Assembly: GCA_052390575.1 (NCBI GenBank)
Contig: JBQTGU010000073.1
Location: forward strand, 9,742-73,741
Direction of reading: 5' to 3'
Length of the DNA: 64,000 nt
From: Actinomycetota bacterium
GTDB taxonomy: Bacteria > Actinomycetota > Acidimicrobiia > IMCC26256 > JACDBD01
Part shown: in pieces, positions 44,541-53,910 of the stretch
Layout: every line of letters begins with the position of its first letter
How positions within the stretch are numbered: position 1 is the stretch's first letter
The notes under the pieces: generated by a model
What the model saw: the letters and a program-made list of their open reading frames with translations, nothing else
The model's database searches: none
Told to the model about the DNA's origin: nothing
Position numbers and translations under genes: made by a program

Positions 44541-46400
44541 ATGACCACAGCTGTCAGGGAGAGTGCCGAGGGTCAACCCTCGGATGTGGCGATCGATCCG
44601 ATCACGTTGTCGACGGTATGGCACTCGTTCCAGACGACGTGCCGCGAGATGCGGCACCTCGTCGAGCGCACGGCACAAAGCTTCCTCATGTCTCAACTCA
44701 AGGATGTGTCGGTCGGCATCTGGCGCGCCGACGGGGCCACAGTGGCCATGCCGGAGGGGCTGCTCAACCAGTTCCTCGGCACCGGTTTCGCGATTAACTC
44801 GATCAAGGAGAAATTCGGCGACAACCTCGACTCCGGAGACGTGATCCTCACCAACGATCCCTACCACGGCGGGCACAATGTGCACCTTCCCGACTGGGGA
44901 TTCATCCGCCCGATCTTCTGGGGCGACGAGCTTCTCTTCTTCACGCTCGTGCGCGGCCACCAGATGGACACCGGCGGCTCGTTCCCGGGTGGGTACTTCC
45001 CGAACGGTTACGACATCCACGCCGAGGGCCTTTGCATCCCACCGCTGAAGGTCTATGAGCGAGGCGTCGAGAAGTCCGAGCTGTTCGAATTGATCTGGAA
45101 CAACGTCCGGTTCCGCGAAGCCGTACGTCTCGACAACTACTCGATGGTCGCGGCCACGACGCTCGCGGAGGAACGCGTTCACGGCCTACTCCAGCGCTAC
45201 GGCCAAGGCGCCGTGATGGGTTGCATCGAGCAGATGATCACACGCACCGAGAAGGCGGTGCGCTCCGAGATCGCAGCCATCCCCGACGGGACGTACTCGG
45301 GAGAGTCGGCCACCGACGACGACGGGACCGTTCTCGACGAGCCGGTCTGGGTGCGAGTCGACGTCACGGTCAAGGGTGACGAGCTCGTCATGGACTTCAG
45401 TCGCAGTGACGCGCAGAGGAAGGGATACGTCAACAGCATCTACGCCGCCACGTACGGGACGGCGGTCGGCGCGGCGATTCTCCTGTTCGACCCGGCGCTC
45501 GCGGACTTCCACAACGAGGGATCCCTGCGGCCGATGGCGGTCATCGCGCCGGAGGGCAACGTGACGAACGCCGTCTACCCGGCCACCGTCGGTGCGGGTC
45601 CCGTGAACGTGGGGACCCAAATCATGGAGGCGGTCGTCGAGGCGCTGGCCAAGGCGAAGCCGGACCGGGCGATGGCAGCGTGGGCCAAGCATCGCGGCGA
45701 CTACACGTTCGCGAGTGACCCTCGAACCGGCAAGCCCTACGTACGCACCACCTTCGACTACGACGGGAGCGCCGGAGCGGTGTGGGGCCACGACGGGCCC
45801 ACCGGGCCCACCGCCATGGGCACACTCGCCTCGGTGATCCGGGGCAACGTCGAGGAGGCCGAGATCCGCTACCCGTGGCGGCTGCTGAACCTCGAGGTGG
45901 TACCCGACTTCATGGGCGCAGGCCGCTGGCGCGGCGGCGGCGGGGTCGACTGGCGCGCCGTGAACGAAGGCACCGACGGGCGGATGGCGACGGGCAGCTC
46001 CGACGGCGACGAGATGCTCGGGAAGGGCGTGCTCGGCGGCCATCCGACCCCCGAGTGCCGCACCTACCTCCAGCGGGACGGCGCGTTGATCCGGGTGAAG
46101 CCACACCGGATGCAGGAGATCCGCCAGGGCGACGTGCTCATCAAGCTCAGCTCGGGTGGTGCTGGTGTGGGCGACCCATCCGATCGCGAGCCGGCGAAGG
46201 TCGCGGAGGACGTGCGCAACGGCGTGGTCTCGCTGGAAGCGGCCCGCATCGTGTACCGGGTTGCCCTGGACCCCGAGAGCTTCGAGGTCGACGAGGCCCA
46301 GACCGCGCAGCTGCGGGCCGCTCCAGCCAGTGGCGAGGTGCGGGTGGTCGTCGACGAGGACGCGCTCGCCGTGCGGCTGGAGCATTCCACGGACGCATGA
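44541..46400 (+). CDS. Hydantoinase B/oxoprolinase family protein
   Basis: 619 aa. NDPYHGGHNVHLPD motif and GAAGGAGGAG RBS. Confidence 0.9.
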   Translation: MTTAVRESAEGQPSDVAIDPITLSTVWHSFQTTCREMRHLVERTAQSFLMSQLKDVSVGIWRADGATVAMPEGLLNQFLGTGFAINSIKEKFGDNLDSGDVILTNDPYHGGHNVHLPDWGFIRPIFWGDELLFFTLVRGHQMDTGGSFPGGYFPNGYDIHAEGLCIPPLKVYERGVEKSELFELIWNNVRFREAVRLDNYSMVAATTLAEERVHGLLQRYGQGAVMGCIEQMITRTEKAVRSEIAAIPDGTYSGESATDDDGTVLDEPVWVRVDVTVKGDELVMDFSRSDAQRKGYVNSIYAATYGTAVGAAILLFDPALADFHNEGSLRPMAVIAPEGNVTNAVYPATVGAGPVNVGTQIMEAVVEALAKAKPDRAMAAWAKHRGDYTFASDPRTGKPYVRTTFDYDGSAGAVWGHDGPTGPTAMGTLASVIRGNVEEAEIRYPWRLLNLEVVPDFMGAGRWRGGGGVDWRAVNEGTDGRMATGSSDGDEMLGKGVLGGHPTPECRTYLQRDGALIRVKPHRMQEIRQGDVLIKLSSGGAGVGDPSDREPAKVAEDVRNGVVSLEAARIVYRVALDPESFEVDEAQTAQLRAAPASGEVRVVVDEDALAVRLEHSTDA

Positions 46401-46418
46401 GCGAGGGGAGGAAGCAGC

Positions 46419-47582
46419 ATGGCGACGACAGGGAGATCGCGGGTCGTTCCCGACGATCTGAAACGCGGGCTCCGCAACTACTGGTACCCGGTGCTCCCGA
46501 GCTCCGAGCTGCCTGCCGACCGGCCGGTCGGCCTCACCCGACTCTGCGAGAACCTGGTCGCCTGGCGCGACAGCCACGGCGCAGCGCACGTGTTCATCGA
46601 CCGGTGCGCCCACCGGGCGGCGAGGCTCTCGATCGGCGACGTGGTGAACGGGCGTCTCCAGTGCCGGTACCACGGCCTCCAGTACGACGGCACCGGCCAA
46701 TGCCGGCTTGTCCCGGTGGAGCAGTGCGAGGACGGCCGCCAGGCCCAGCGCCTGTGCGTGCCGTCGTACTCCACGATCGAGCAGGACGGCGCGGTGTGGG
46801 CGTACCTCGGCGACGTCGACGTGTTCCCGCCCGGGCCGCTGCCGGCCCACGACGACCACCCCGAGCTCGGAGACGACGCCTACGAGTGGATGGTCAAGAG
46901 CATGGTGTGGGACGCCAACTGGATGCTCATCCACGACAACACCTCCGATCTCTTCCACTTTCCGTTCCTGCACGGCCACTACGGCGTGGGGGTGACGGCC
47001 GACGGCACGAAGCTCGACCCACTGCCGCCGCGCAACCCCTTGATCAGCGACGTGATGGCCGACGTGCTCGCCTTCGACCAGTACGAGACCATCGTGACCG
47101 CCAACGGCGTGCGTACGCGACGGAAGGGCACTGGCGAGTCCACGATCGACGACGTGGAGTTCACGATGCCCTGCGCCGCCAAGGTGTGGGTCCCGACCCC
47201 GGTGGGTGGGCACCCAGTGCGGTCGATCCAGTACGAGATGGCCCTCGACGAGCACACGACCTACTGCGTGTTCTTCATCGGCCGGAAAACGAACTCGGAC
47301 GAGGAGCGGGAGCCGACCCGTCAGCTGCTCGAGACGTTCGTCTGGGAGACGTTCTCGCAGGTGTTCCGAGAGGACTCCTGGGTGACGAGCAACCAGGGCG
47401 AGCTCGAGGCCTGTCTCACCAACGAGAGCCTGCTTTCGACCGATGCCGGTCCGCTGCGCGTGCGCAAGATGATCCACGACGCCTACGGCGCGCAGCAGGC
47501 GCGACTGGCCGAGCACGCGGCCGGCAACGGTGGCAAGAGCACGCCTACCGCCGTGGCGCGAAGGCCGAGCAGGTCTGCGTGA
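46419..47582 (+). CDS. Rieske non-heme iron oxygenase, alpha-only type (paralogue A)
   Basis: CAHRAARLS...CRYHGLQY and DNTSDLFHFPFLH. Confidence 0.9.
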   Translation: MATTGRSRVVPDDLKRGLRNYWYPVLPSSELPADRPVGLTRLCENLVAWRDSHGAAHVFIDRCAHRAARLSIGDVVNGRLQCRYHGLQYDGTGQCRLVPVEQCEDGRQAQRLCVPSYSTIEQDGAVWAYLGDVDVFPPGPLPAHDDHPELGDDAYEWMVKSMVWDANWMLIHDNTSDLFHFPFLHGHYGVGVTADGTKLDPLPPRNPLISDVMADVLAFDQYETIVTANGVRTRRKGTGESTIDDVEFTMPCAAKVWVPTPVGGHPVRSIQYEMALDEHTTYCVFFIGRKTNSDEEREPTRQLLETFVWETFSQVFREDSWVTSNQGELEACLTNESLLSTDAGPLRVRKMIHDAYGAQQARLAEHAAGNGGKSTPTAVARRPSRSA

Positions 47583-47636
47583 CGGCAGGCACTACGAGAC
47601 GCCTGGCGGGAGCAGCCAGGCGAGACAGGAGGCCGC

Positions 47637-48746
47637 GTGTCTAAGCGCAAGATCCCGGACGAGCTGCGACGCGGCCTTCGGAACTACTGGTACCCGATCC
47701 TGTTGAGCTCCGAGCTGACCCCTGACAAGCCCCTTGGGATCACTCGCCTGGCCGAACCGCTCGTGGCCTGGCGCGACGGCGACGGTGCGTCCCACGTGTT
47801 CGTCGACCGCTGCGCCCACCGGGCGGCGAAGCTCTCGATCGGCGACATCGTCGACGGCTGGCTCCAATGTCGGTACCACGGCCTCCAGTACGACGGGACC
47901 GGCCAGTGCCGGCTGGTCCCGGTCGAGCAGGAAGTCGACGGTCGGCAGGCGAGGCGCCTGTCGGTGTGCTCGTACCCCGTCGAGGAGCGGGGCGGCCTGT
48001 TGTGGGCATATCTCGGCGATGTCGAGCTGTTCCCACCGCCGCCCCTTCAGACCGATCCCGAGCTTAACGACCCGACCTATGCCTCGATCACGGCCGATTC
48101 CGTCTGGGAGGCGAACTGGCTCATCGTTCACGACAACACCTCCGATCCGACGCATGTGCCGTTCCTTCACGGCCACCTCACTTCCCGGATCACCGACTCC
48201 GGCCTCCGGCTCGAGCGGATGGACGAGGGCAACGACCTCGTCACGCCGGAGATGGGATTGGGGACGGTCGTCGAGCCGCTCGTGGCGGAGTCGACGGAGA
48301 CGACCAACCTTGTCAAACGCGCCGGCGCGACGGACGACCACTCGGAGACCTTCGACGAGGTCGCGTTCGAGCTGCCCTGCGCCGTCAAAGTGTGGGTACC
48401 GCTCCCGATAGGCGGCAAACCGGTGCGATTGATCCAGTACGAGATGCCGATCGACGAGCACCGCACAGTCGTGAACGCATGGATCGGACGGCAGTGCGCC
48501 CCCGAGGAGAAGGACACGACACGCGGGCTGCTCCAGGAGCTGTTCTGGCCCATGAACAAGCAGGTGTTCGACGAGGACTCGTGGATCACGTCGCTGCAAC
48601 CGGACGTCGAGGAGGCGTGGGCCCACGAGCACCTGCTCTCGTTCGACGTCGGCCCGCCGCGGGTGCGGAAGATCATCCGCGACGCGTACGAACGTCAGCA
48701 GCAACACCTCGCGGAATGCCGCGGCCGGGCGGTGAGCCGAACCTAA
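47637..48746 (+). CDS. Rieske non-heme iron oxygenase, alpha-only type (paralogue B)
   Basis: CAHRAAKLS...CRYHGLQY and DNTSDPTHVPFLH. Long identical stretches with paralogue A. Confidence 0.9.
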   Translation: MSKRKIPDELRRGLRNYWYPILLSSELTPDKPLGITRLAEPLVAWRDGDGASHVFVDRCAHRAAKLSIGDIVDGWLQCRYHGLQYDGTGQCRLVPVEQEVDGRQARRLSVCSYPVEERGGLLWAYLGDVELFPPPPLQTDPELNDPTYASITADSVWEANWLIVHDNTSDPTHVPFLHGHLTSRITDSGLRLERMDEGNDLVTPEMGLGTVVEPLVAESTETTNLVKRAGATDDHSETFDEVAFELPCAVKVWVPLPIGGKPVRLIQYEMPIDEHRTVVNAWIGRQCAPEEKDTTRGLLQELFWPMNKQVFDEDSWITSLQPDVEEAWAHEHLLSFDVGPPRVRKIIRDAYERQQQHLAECRGRAVSRT

Positions 48747-48938
48747 TCGAGATCAGCATCGGCGCCGGCGGCGCTACCGGGTCATGGCCGGAGCCGATCC
48801 TCTCCGGAGGTGGGGCCAGCCGCGGTCGTGCGGAAGGCGGCCTCGTTGGTCCCCCAGCGGGACCGGTCCGACCAGGTGGGCGCCTTTTCGGTGCCGGCGG
48901 CACATTCGGCCTCCAGGAGTCGAGGAGCGAGGCCCGGC

Positions 48939-48972
48939 TTGACCGCTGTCCGTCTTCTGTCTACTGTGTGCA
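48939..48972 (+). promoter_or_regulatory. Promoter TTGACC-17-TACTGT overlapping the TTCTGTCTACTGTGTG motif
   Basis: Lies about 30 nt upstream of ATG 48996. TTCTGTCTAC is also present at 34316-34325. Confidence 0.5.
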
Positions 48973-48995
48973 TTAGGTCGTCGCGAGGGGGATTC

Positions 48996-50228
48996 ATGCG
49001 CAGGGCGGGTCGGGTGGCGGTCGTCGTGAGCGCGTGCGTGCTCATCACCTCGGTGGCCTTGGCGGGGGCGGTGCCGGCGGGTGAGCAGCCGAAGTTCGAC
49101 GGCACGATCGAGATCGGTGCCAACGCCGAGCTGAGCGGCTTCGACCAGACGTTCGGGCAGAGCCAGGTCGACGGGATGAAACTCGCAGCGAAGGACATCA
49201 ATGCCAAGGGGGGAGTGGAGGTCGGCGGAGAGCGTTTCAAGCTCAAGATCGTCGCCGTCGACAACCGCAGCGATCCGACAGGCAGCGTGCAGGCTGCGCA
49301 GGAGCTCGTCGCCGAAGGGGTCCTCGCCTCGTCGGCGTCGAACAACAACTTCCCGGCCGCGTACGAGATCCAGAAGCCGACCGGCCAAGTGGTGTTCGGC
49401 GGCACACCGTTGCTCGCGCTCCAGATCCAGAACCCGGAGGGCGTGGCTCAGAACCCGTCGCTCTTCTCGGTGATCCCGTTCTCGACGCAGGTCTTCACGA
49501 ACTGGATCCCGCAGATCAAGGCGCTGTTCCCCAAGCTCGAACGGCTCGGGATCCTCGTCGAAGACGAAGCACTTGCCGGGCCGCTGCTGGCCAGCATCGA
49601 GAGCGCGGCCCAGGCGGCGGACATGGAGGTCGTGGCAACGGAACGGTTCCGCCCCGGAACGACGGACTTCTCGACCCAGCTCACGACGCTACGCGATGCG
49701 GACGTGGACATCCTGTTCACAGGACGGGTCCCGGTCCACAACGTGCCGGCTACCCAGCAGGCCGCCCAGCTCGACGTCGCTCCGTTCCTGTGGACGTTCA
49801 CCGGCATCCCGGACGACATGGGTGACTTGTCGATGTTCGACGACAAGACGTTGATCTTCAGTCAGTTCGCGCCGACGGTAGGTAAGGGCGCGACGATCCC
49901 ATCACTTCGCGACGGCGCGAAGAAGCTCGACAAGGCGTTCGGTGACGACCTCTTGCTGCCCGAGATCACCATGACACTCTACAATTTCGTGCAGCTGCTT
50001 GCCGATGCGATCGAGCAGGCGCAGACGACGACCGATGGCGCGGCGGTGGCCAAGGCGATGGAGGGACTCTCGTATGAGGGGCCGTTCGGGCCGACGCGTA
50101 TCGATCCTGGCCACTTCCAGGATCATCCGACGTCGCAGATCGTTTACAAGAACGGAAAGACAACGGTGTACGTCTACAGCACGATCACTGATGTCGAACC
50201 TTCCGACAAGATCGTCACGGACAAGTAG
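48996..50228 (+). CDS. ABC transporter substrate-binding protein, LIV (branched-chain amino acid/amide) type
   Basis: Signal peptide and type-1 periplasmic binding fold blocks (IGANAELSG, KIVAVDNRSDP). Confidence 0.85.
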   Translation: MRRAGRVAVVVSACVLITSVALAGAVPAGEQPKFDGTIEIGANAELSGFDQTFGQSQVDGMKLAAKDINAKGGVEVGGERFKLKIVAVDNRSDPTGSVQAAQELVAEGVLASSASNNNFPAAYEIQKPTGQVVFGGTPLLALQIQNPEGVAQNPSLFSVIPFSTQVFTNWIPQIKALFPKLERLGILVEDEALAGPLLASIESAAQAADMEVVATERFRPGTTDFSTQLTTLRDADVDILFTGRVPVHNVPATQQAAQLDVAPFLWTFTGIPDDMGDLSMFDDKTLIFSQFAPTVGKGATIPSLRDGAKKLDKAFGDDLLLPEITMTLYNFVQLLADAIEQAQTTTDGAAVAKAMEGLSYEGPFGPTRIDPGHFQDHPTSQIVYKNGKTTVYVYSTITDVEPSDKIVTDK

Positions 50229-50265
50229 GGACGGTTCGCACCAGCTCCCGTCGGTCCCGGAGGGG

Positions 50266-51321
50266 ATGCGGGCCGGTGTACGCGGATACTGGTATCCGAT
50301 CCTGCCCGCCGGCGATCTCCCGGCCGACGTTCCCCTGGCGCTGCGGCGACTGGGCGAGGACCTCGTCCTCTGGAAGGACGCATCGGGGACCGCCCGGCTC
50401 TTCACCGATCGTTGCCCCCATCGTTCGGCCCCGCTGTCTCTCGGGGTGATCCGCGGAACACGGCTCGAATGCCGGTACCACGGCCTCCAGTTCGACTTTG
50501 ATGGGCGGTGTCGGCGCGTGCCGGTCGAGCGCGTCGATGACGGGCCCCAGGCTCGCGAGTTCCGCGCGCAGACGTACCCGTGCGAGGAGCGGGCCGGGTA
50601 CATCTGGGCGTACCTCCATGACGGCGACATCGACGACGTTCCCGACCTCGAGCTCGAGGACGAGATCACCGATCCCGAGTTCGTGTGGTTCCCCTTCTCT
50701 TTGAGCTTCGAGGCCGACTGGCTCACTGTGCTCGAGAACGCACTCGATCCGGCTCATGTGCCGTTCCTCCATCGAGACGCCCCCTTCTTGCCCAAGGACC
50801 CCGAGCAGACACTCGACTGGTTCCTGCCCTCCCGGGTCGTGTCCCGCAGCGAGCGCGTGCCCACACCCTCTGGCGGTGGTACCCGCCCGGCGGTCCTGCA
50901 GGTTGCGACCCGCCGTTCCGGCGGGGACGAGGTCGAGGTCTTCTACCCGCCCAATCTCAACAAGATCCCGGTTCCGCTCCCGGACGGTGGCGAACCCATG
51001 TGGTCGGTGCACTACCACACGCCCATCGACGAGTCCGCGACGATGGGGTACTGGTACCTGGCGCGGCGCGTGCGTTCGGACGAAGAGCGCCAGCGCTGGG
51101 AGGCGCTCTGGAAGGAGTTCGTCGGCCCGGCGACGGCGCGCATCTTCGCCCAGGACGCCGAGATCTGCGCCGGTCAGGTACACCGGCGCCGGAGCGGGCC
51201 GAACCAGCGCCTCCTTTCTCAGGACGGCGGCTACCTGCGGGCCCGCCGTGTGCTCATCGAGATGTATCACGCCGGTCAGAAGGGCGATGGACTGAGCGAA
51301 CCCGAGCCGTTCGCATCGTGA
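50266..51321 (+). CDS. Rieske non-heme iron oxygenase, alpha-only type (paralogue C)
   Basis: CPHRSAPLS...CRYHGLQF and ENALDPAHVPFLH. Confidence 0.85.
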   Translation: MRAGVRGYWYPILPAGDLPADVPLALRRLGEDLVLWKDASGTARLFTDRCPHRSAPLSLGVIRGTRLECRYHGLQFDFDGRCRRVPVERVDDGPQAREFRAQTYPCEERAGYIWAYLHDGDIDDVPDLELEDEITDPEFVWFPFSLSFEADWLTVLENALDPAHVPFLHRDAPFLPKDPEQTLDWFLPSRVVSRSERVPTPSGGGTRPAVLQVATRRSGGDEVEVFYPPNLNKIPVPLPDGGEPMWSVHYHTPIDESATMGYWYLARRVRSDEERQRWEALWKEFVGPATARIFAQDAEICAGQVHRRRSGPNQRLLSQDGGYLRARRVLIEMYHAGQKGDGLSEPEPFAS

Positions 51322-51343
51322 CCGCTGACCATCGGCCGACCGG

Positions 51344-53182
51344 ATGACCGTGCTCGGGCGACGGTCCCGCCTCCTGCTGAGCCTGGCCGCGCTCTCGCTC
51401 CCGCTGGTCGTCGTGCCCGGCAGCCCGGGGCTCGCCCCTCAGCTCGCGTGGTCAGCCGATCGGACGTCCACCAGCTTGGCGACGTTCGCGCTCATCTTCG
51501 GCATCGTCGCCCTCGCCTTCGCAACTCTCATGCGACTCGCCGGCCTGCCCTCAGTTGCGCTCGGGGCTCTCTGGGGCGTCGGCGCGTACACCGCGGCCGT
51601 CGTCACCAACGACCATGGCTGGACGTTCCTCGCGACACTCCCGCTCGCAGTACTCGTTCCGGCCGCGGTCGCCGCGGTCATCGGGATCCCGACGTTCCGA
51701 ACGTCGGGGATCGCGTTCCTCGTCATCACGATCGGGCTGGGCGAGTTCATCGTCCTTGCCTTGACCAACGCGGAGAACGTGACGAACGGGACGTTCGGGC
51801 TCGACGTCGTCGGTGCCGACCTCGATCTGGGCCCATTCGATCTGGGAACGCCCCGTCACCGGTACTTCGTCGGTGTTCTCATGCTGTACGTCGCCGTGCT
51901 CAGCGTCTGGGCTGTCGTCCGGTCGCCTCTCGGGCGGCGGCTCGAGATGATCCGGGACAACGAGCCGCTGGCCCGGTCGGTGGGACTGGATCCACGTCTC
52001 TACAAGTTGGGCATCTTCACGATCACCGCCGCGCTGGCCGGCGCCGCCGGGCAACTGTACCTCTACCACCAGCAGGCGGTCACGCCCGACCTGTTCGGCG
52101 CGTACCAGTTCATTCCCATCATCCTGATGGCCGTGCTCGGCGGAGTCGACTCCCTCGCCGGGCCGGTCATCGGCGCGTACGTCGTGAGCTACACGCCGAC
52201 GTGGCTCGGCGGCGTGGGCCTCGACGACCCGAACACCCAGATCCTCGTCTACGGGATCGTGCTGCTCGTGATCATGGCGACCGCGCCCGGGGGCCTGACC
52301 GGCATCGCACGGCGAGCGCGTAGAACGAGGGTCAGGATGCCCGCCGGACGACCTGAGCCGGAGGCCTCCGAACCGGTCGGCGCGGAGGCCCCCATCATCC
52401 CGTTGCACGCTCCCACGGTCCCGGTCGCGGAGGAGATCCTCGCCGTCCACGAGCTCAGCAAGCGCTTCGGCGCGGTTCGGGCGCTCGATCGCGTCACGGT
52501 ATCGGCACAGGTAGGCGAGATCCTCGGGATCATCGGCCCGAACGGTTCCGGGAAGACGACGCTCTTCAACTGCATCTCGGGCTTCACCGCATCGGATGGT
52601 CGCATCGAGTGGCGAGGCCGGCACCTCCGGGCGCCGGCACCTCAGCGGCTCGCGCGACGCGGCCTGGTGCGCACGTTCCAGCGTCCGGGTGCCTTCTCGT
52701 CGCTGTCGCCTCGCGACGCCTGCGCGCGGGTACTCGGGCTCCGTCGCTCGCACGAGGGCGAGGCCCGGCTCCCCACCAGCGCTGACGACCTCACGGCCTT
52801 CTGCGGCCTCGCCCCGGTCGCCGACCTGCCGGTCACGCGGCTGAGCTACGGCCACCTCCGCCTTCTCGGCGTCGCGCTCGCCCTGGCCGCCCGGCCGACG
52901 CTCCTAATGCTCGACGAGCCGGCCGCCGGCCTCAACGACCACGAATGCGCGGCCCTGCGAAGCCTGCTCGAGGACATCCGAGCGGCCGGCGTCACCCTCA
53001 TGGTGGTCGACCATGACATGACGTTCCTGCTGCCGCTGTGCGATCGGGTGGTCGTACTGGACGCGGGTCGCGTGGTCGCCGACGGTAGACCGGGCGAAGT
53101 CACCCGCAACCCGAAAGTGGTCGCGGCATATCTCGGCGAGCGGTTCGCCGCCCCGCTCGAGCTCGTGCAAGAGGAACGGTGA
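51344..53182 (+). CDS. LIV-type ABC permease (LivM-like) fused to an ATP-binding domain (LivG-like)
   Basis: 612 aa. About 330 aa multi-TM, then Walker A GPNGSGKTT, signature LSYGHLR, Walker B LMLDEP. Confidence 0.85.
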   Translation: MTVLGRRSRLLLSLAALSLPLVVVPGSPGLAPQLAWSADRTSTSLATFALIFGIVALAFATLMRLAGLPSVALGALWGVGAYTAAVVTNDHGWTFLATLPLAVLVPAAVAAVIGIPTFRTSGIAFLVITIGLGEFIVLALTNAENVTNGTFGLDVVGADLDLGPFDLGTPRHRYFVGVLMLYVAVLSVWAVVRSPLGRRLEMIRDNEPLARSVGLDPRLYKLGIFTITAALAGAAGQLYLYHQQAVTPDLFGAYQFIPIILMAVLGGVDSLAGPVIGAYVVSYTPTWLGGVGLDDPNTQILVYGIVLLVIMATAPGGLTGIARRARRTRVRMPAGRPEPEASEPVGAEAPIIPLHAPTVPVAEEILAVHELSKRFGAVRALDRVTVSAQVGEILGIIGPNGSGKTTLFNCISGFTASDGRIEWRGRHLRAPAPQRLARRGLVRTFQRPGAFSSLSPRDACARVLGLRRSHEGEARLPTSADDLTAFCGLAPVADLPVTRLSYGHLRLLGVALALAARPTLLMLDEPAAGLNDHECAALRSLLEDIRAAGVTLMVVDHDMTFLLPLCDRVVVLDAGRVVADGRPGEVTRNPKVVAAYLGERFAAPLELVQEER

Positions 53183-53910
53183 ACTCGGCGCGGCCGGGCG
53201 CGGCCGGGCTGACTGTCGAAGCCGTGCAGGCGGGGTACGGGACAGTGCCCGTGCTTCGCGATGTCAACCTGGTCGTGCGTGCCGGCGAGCGAGTCGCACT
53301 GATCGGCGCCAACGGAGCGGGGAAGACGACCCTCCTGCGGACCATCTCCGGCCTCATCCGCCCGACCGCGGGGCGGATCACGCTCGACGACGACGACCTG
53401 GGACGAGTCCCGCCGCACCGGCTAGCGCGTCGCGGCCTGGCGCACGTGCCCGAGGGTCGCCAGGTGTTCGCCCGCCAGACCGTGCTCGACAACTTGCGTC
53501 TCGGCGCTCGTGGCACCGGTCGAACCAATGGTGAGTCACGCCTCGACTTCGTACTCGACCGACTTCCCCAGCTGCGCGACCGGCTGCGGTCACGGGCCGC
53601 CGACCTGTCGGGCGGTCAGCAACAGATGCTCGCCCTGGGACGCGCTCTGATGAGCGCACCACGCGTTCTCATGGTCGACGAGTTGTCACTCGGGCTCGCT
53701 CCCATCACCGCGGACGAGATCGCCGAGACCGTTGCCGGATTGACCACCGAGCACGGCATGAGCCTGCTCGTCGTCGAGCAGAACGTCGCTATCGCGCTGG
53801 CTCTCACCGACCGCACGTACGTGATGCGGAACGGCGCCATCGTCGGTGACTACCCCTCCACCGAGCTCGCCGGAAATCGGGAGCTGGTCTTGCAGTACCT
53901 CGGCGCATGA
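53179..53910 (+). CDS. LIV-type ABC ATP-binding protein (LivF-like)
   Basis: GANGAGKTT, LSGGQQQML, LMVDE. GTGA overlap with the upstream gene. Confidence 0.9.
   Translation: MNSARPGAAGLTVEAVQAGYGTVPVLRDVNLVVRAGERVALIGANGAGKTTLLRTISGLIRPTAGRITLDDDDLGRVPPHRLARRGLAHVPEGRQVFARQTVLDNLRLGARGTGRTNGESRLDFVLDRLPQLRDRLRSRAADLSGGQQQMLALGRALMSAPRVLMVDELSLGLAPITADEIAETVAGLTTEHGMSLLVVEQNVAIALALTDRTYVMRNGAIVGDYPSTELAGNRELVLQYLGA

Noticed and set aside
45186-47516. A 776-aa minus-strand ORF. Similar very long ORFs include 5142-6614 (-), 21418-22683 (-), 29250-30860 (-), 39444-41081 (-), 45782-47644 (+) and 25640-27292 upstream part.
   Set aside because: These are Arg/Pro/Gly/Ala-rich shadow frames typical of GC-rich DNA. 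They overlap well-supported genes that have clear family motifs, RBSs and coupled starts.
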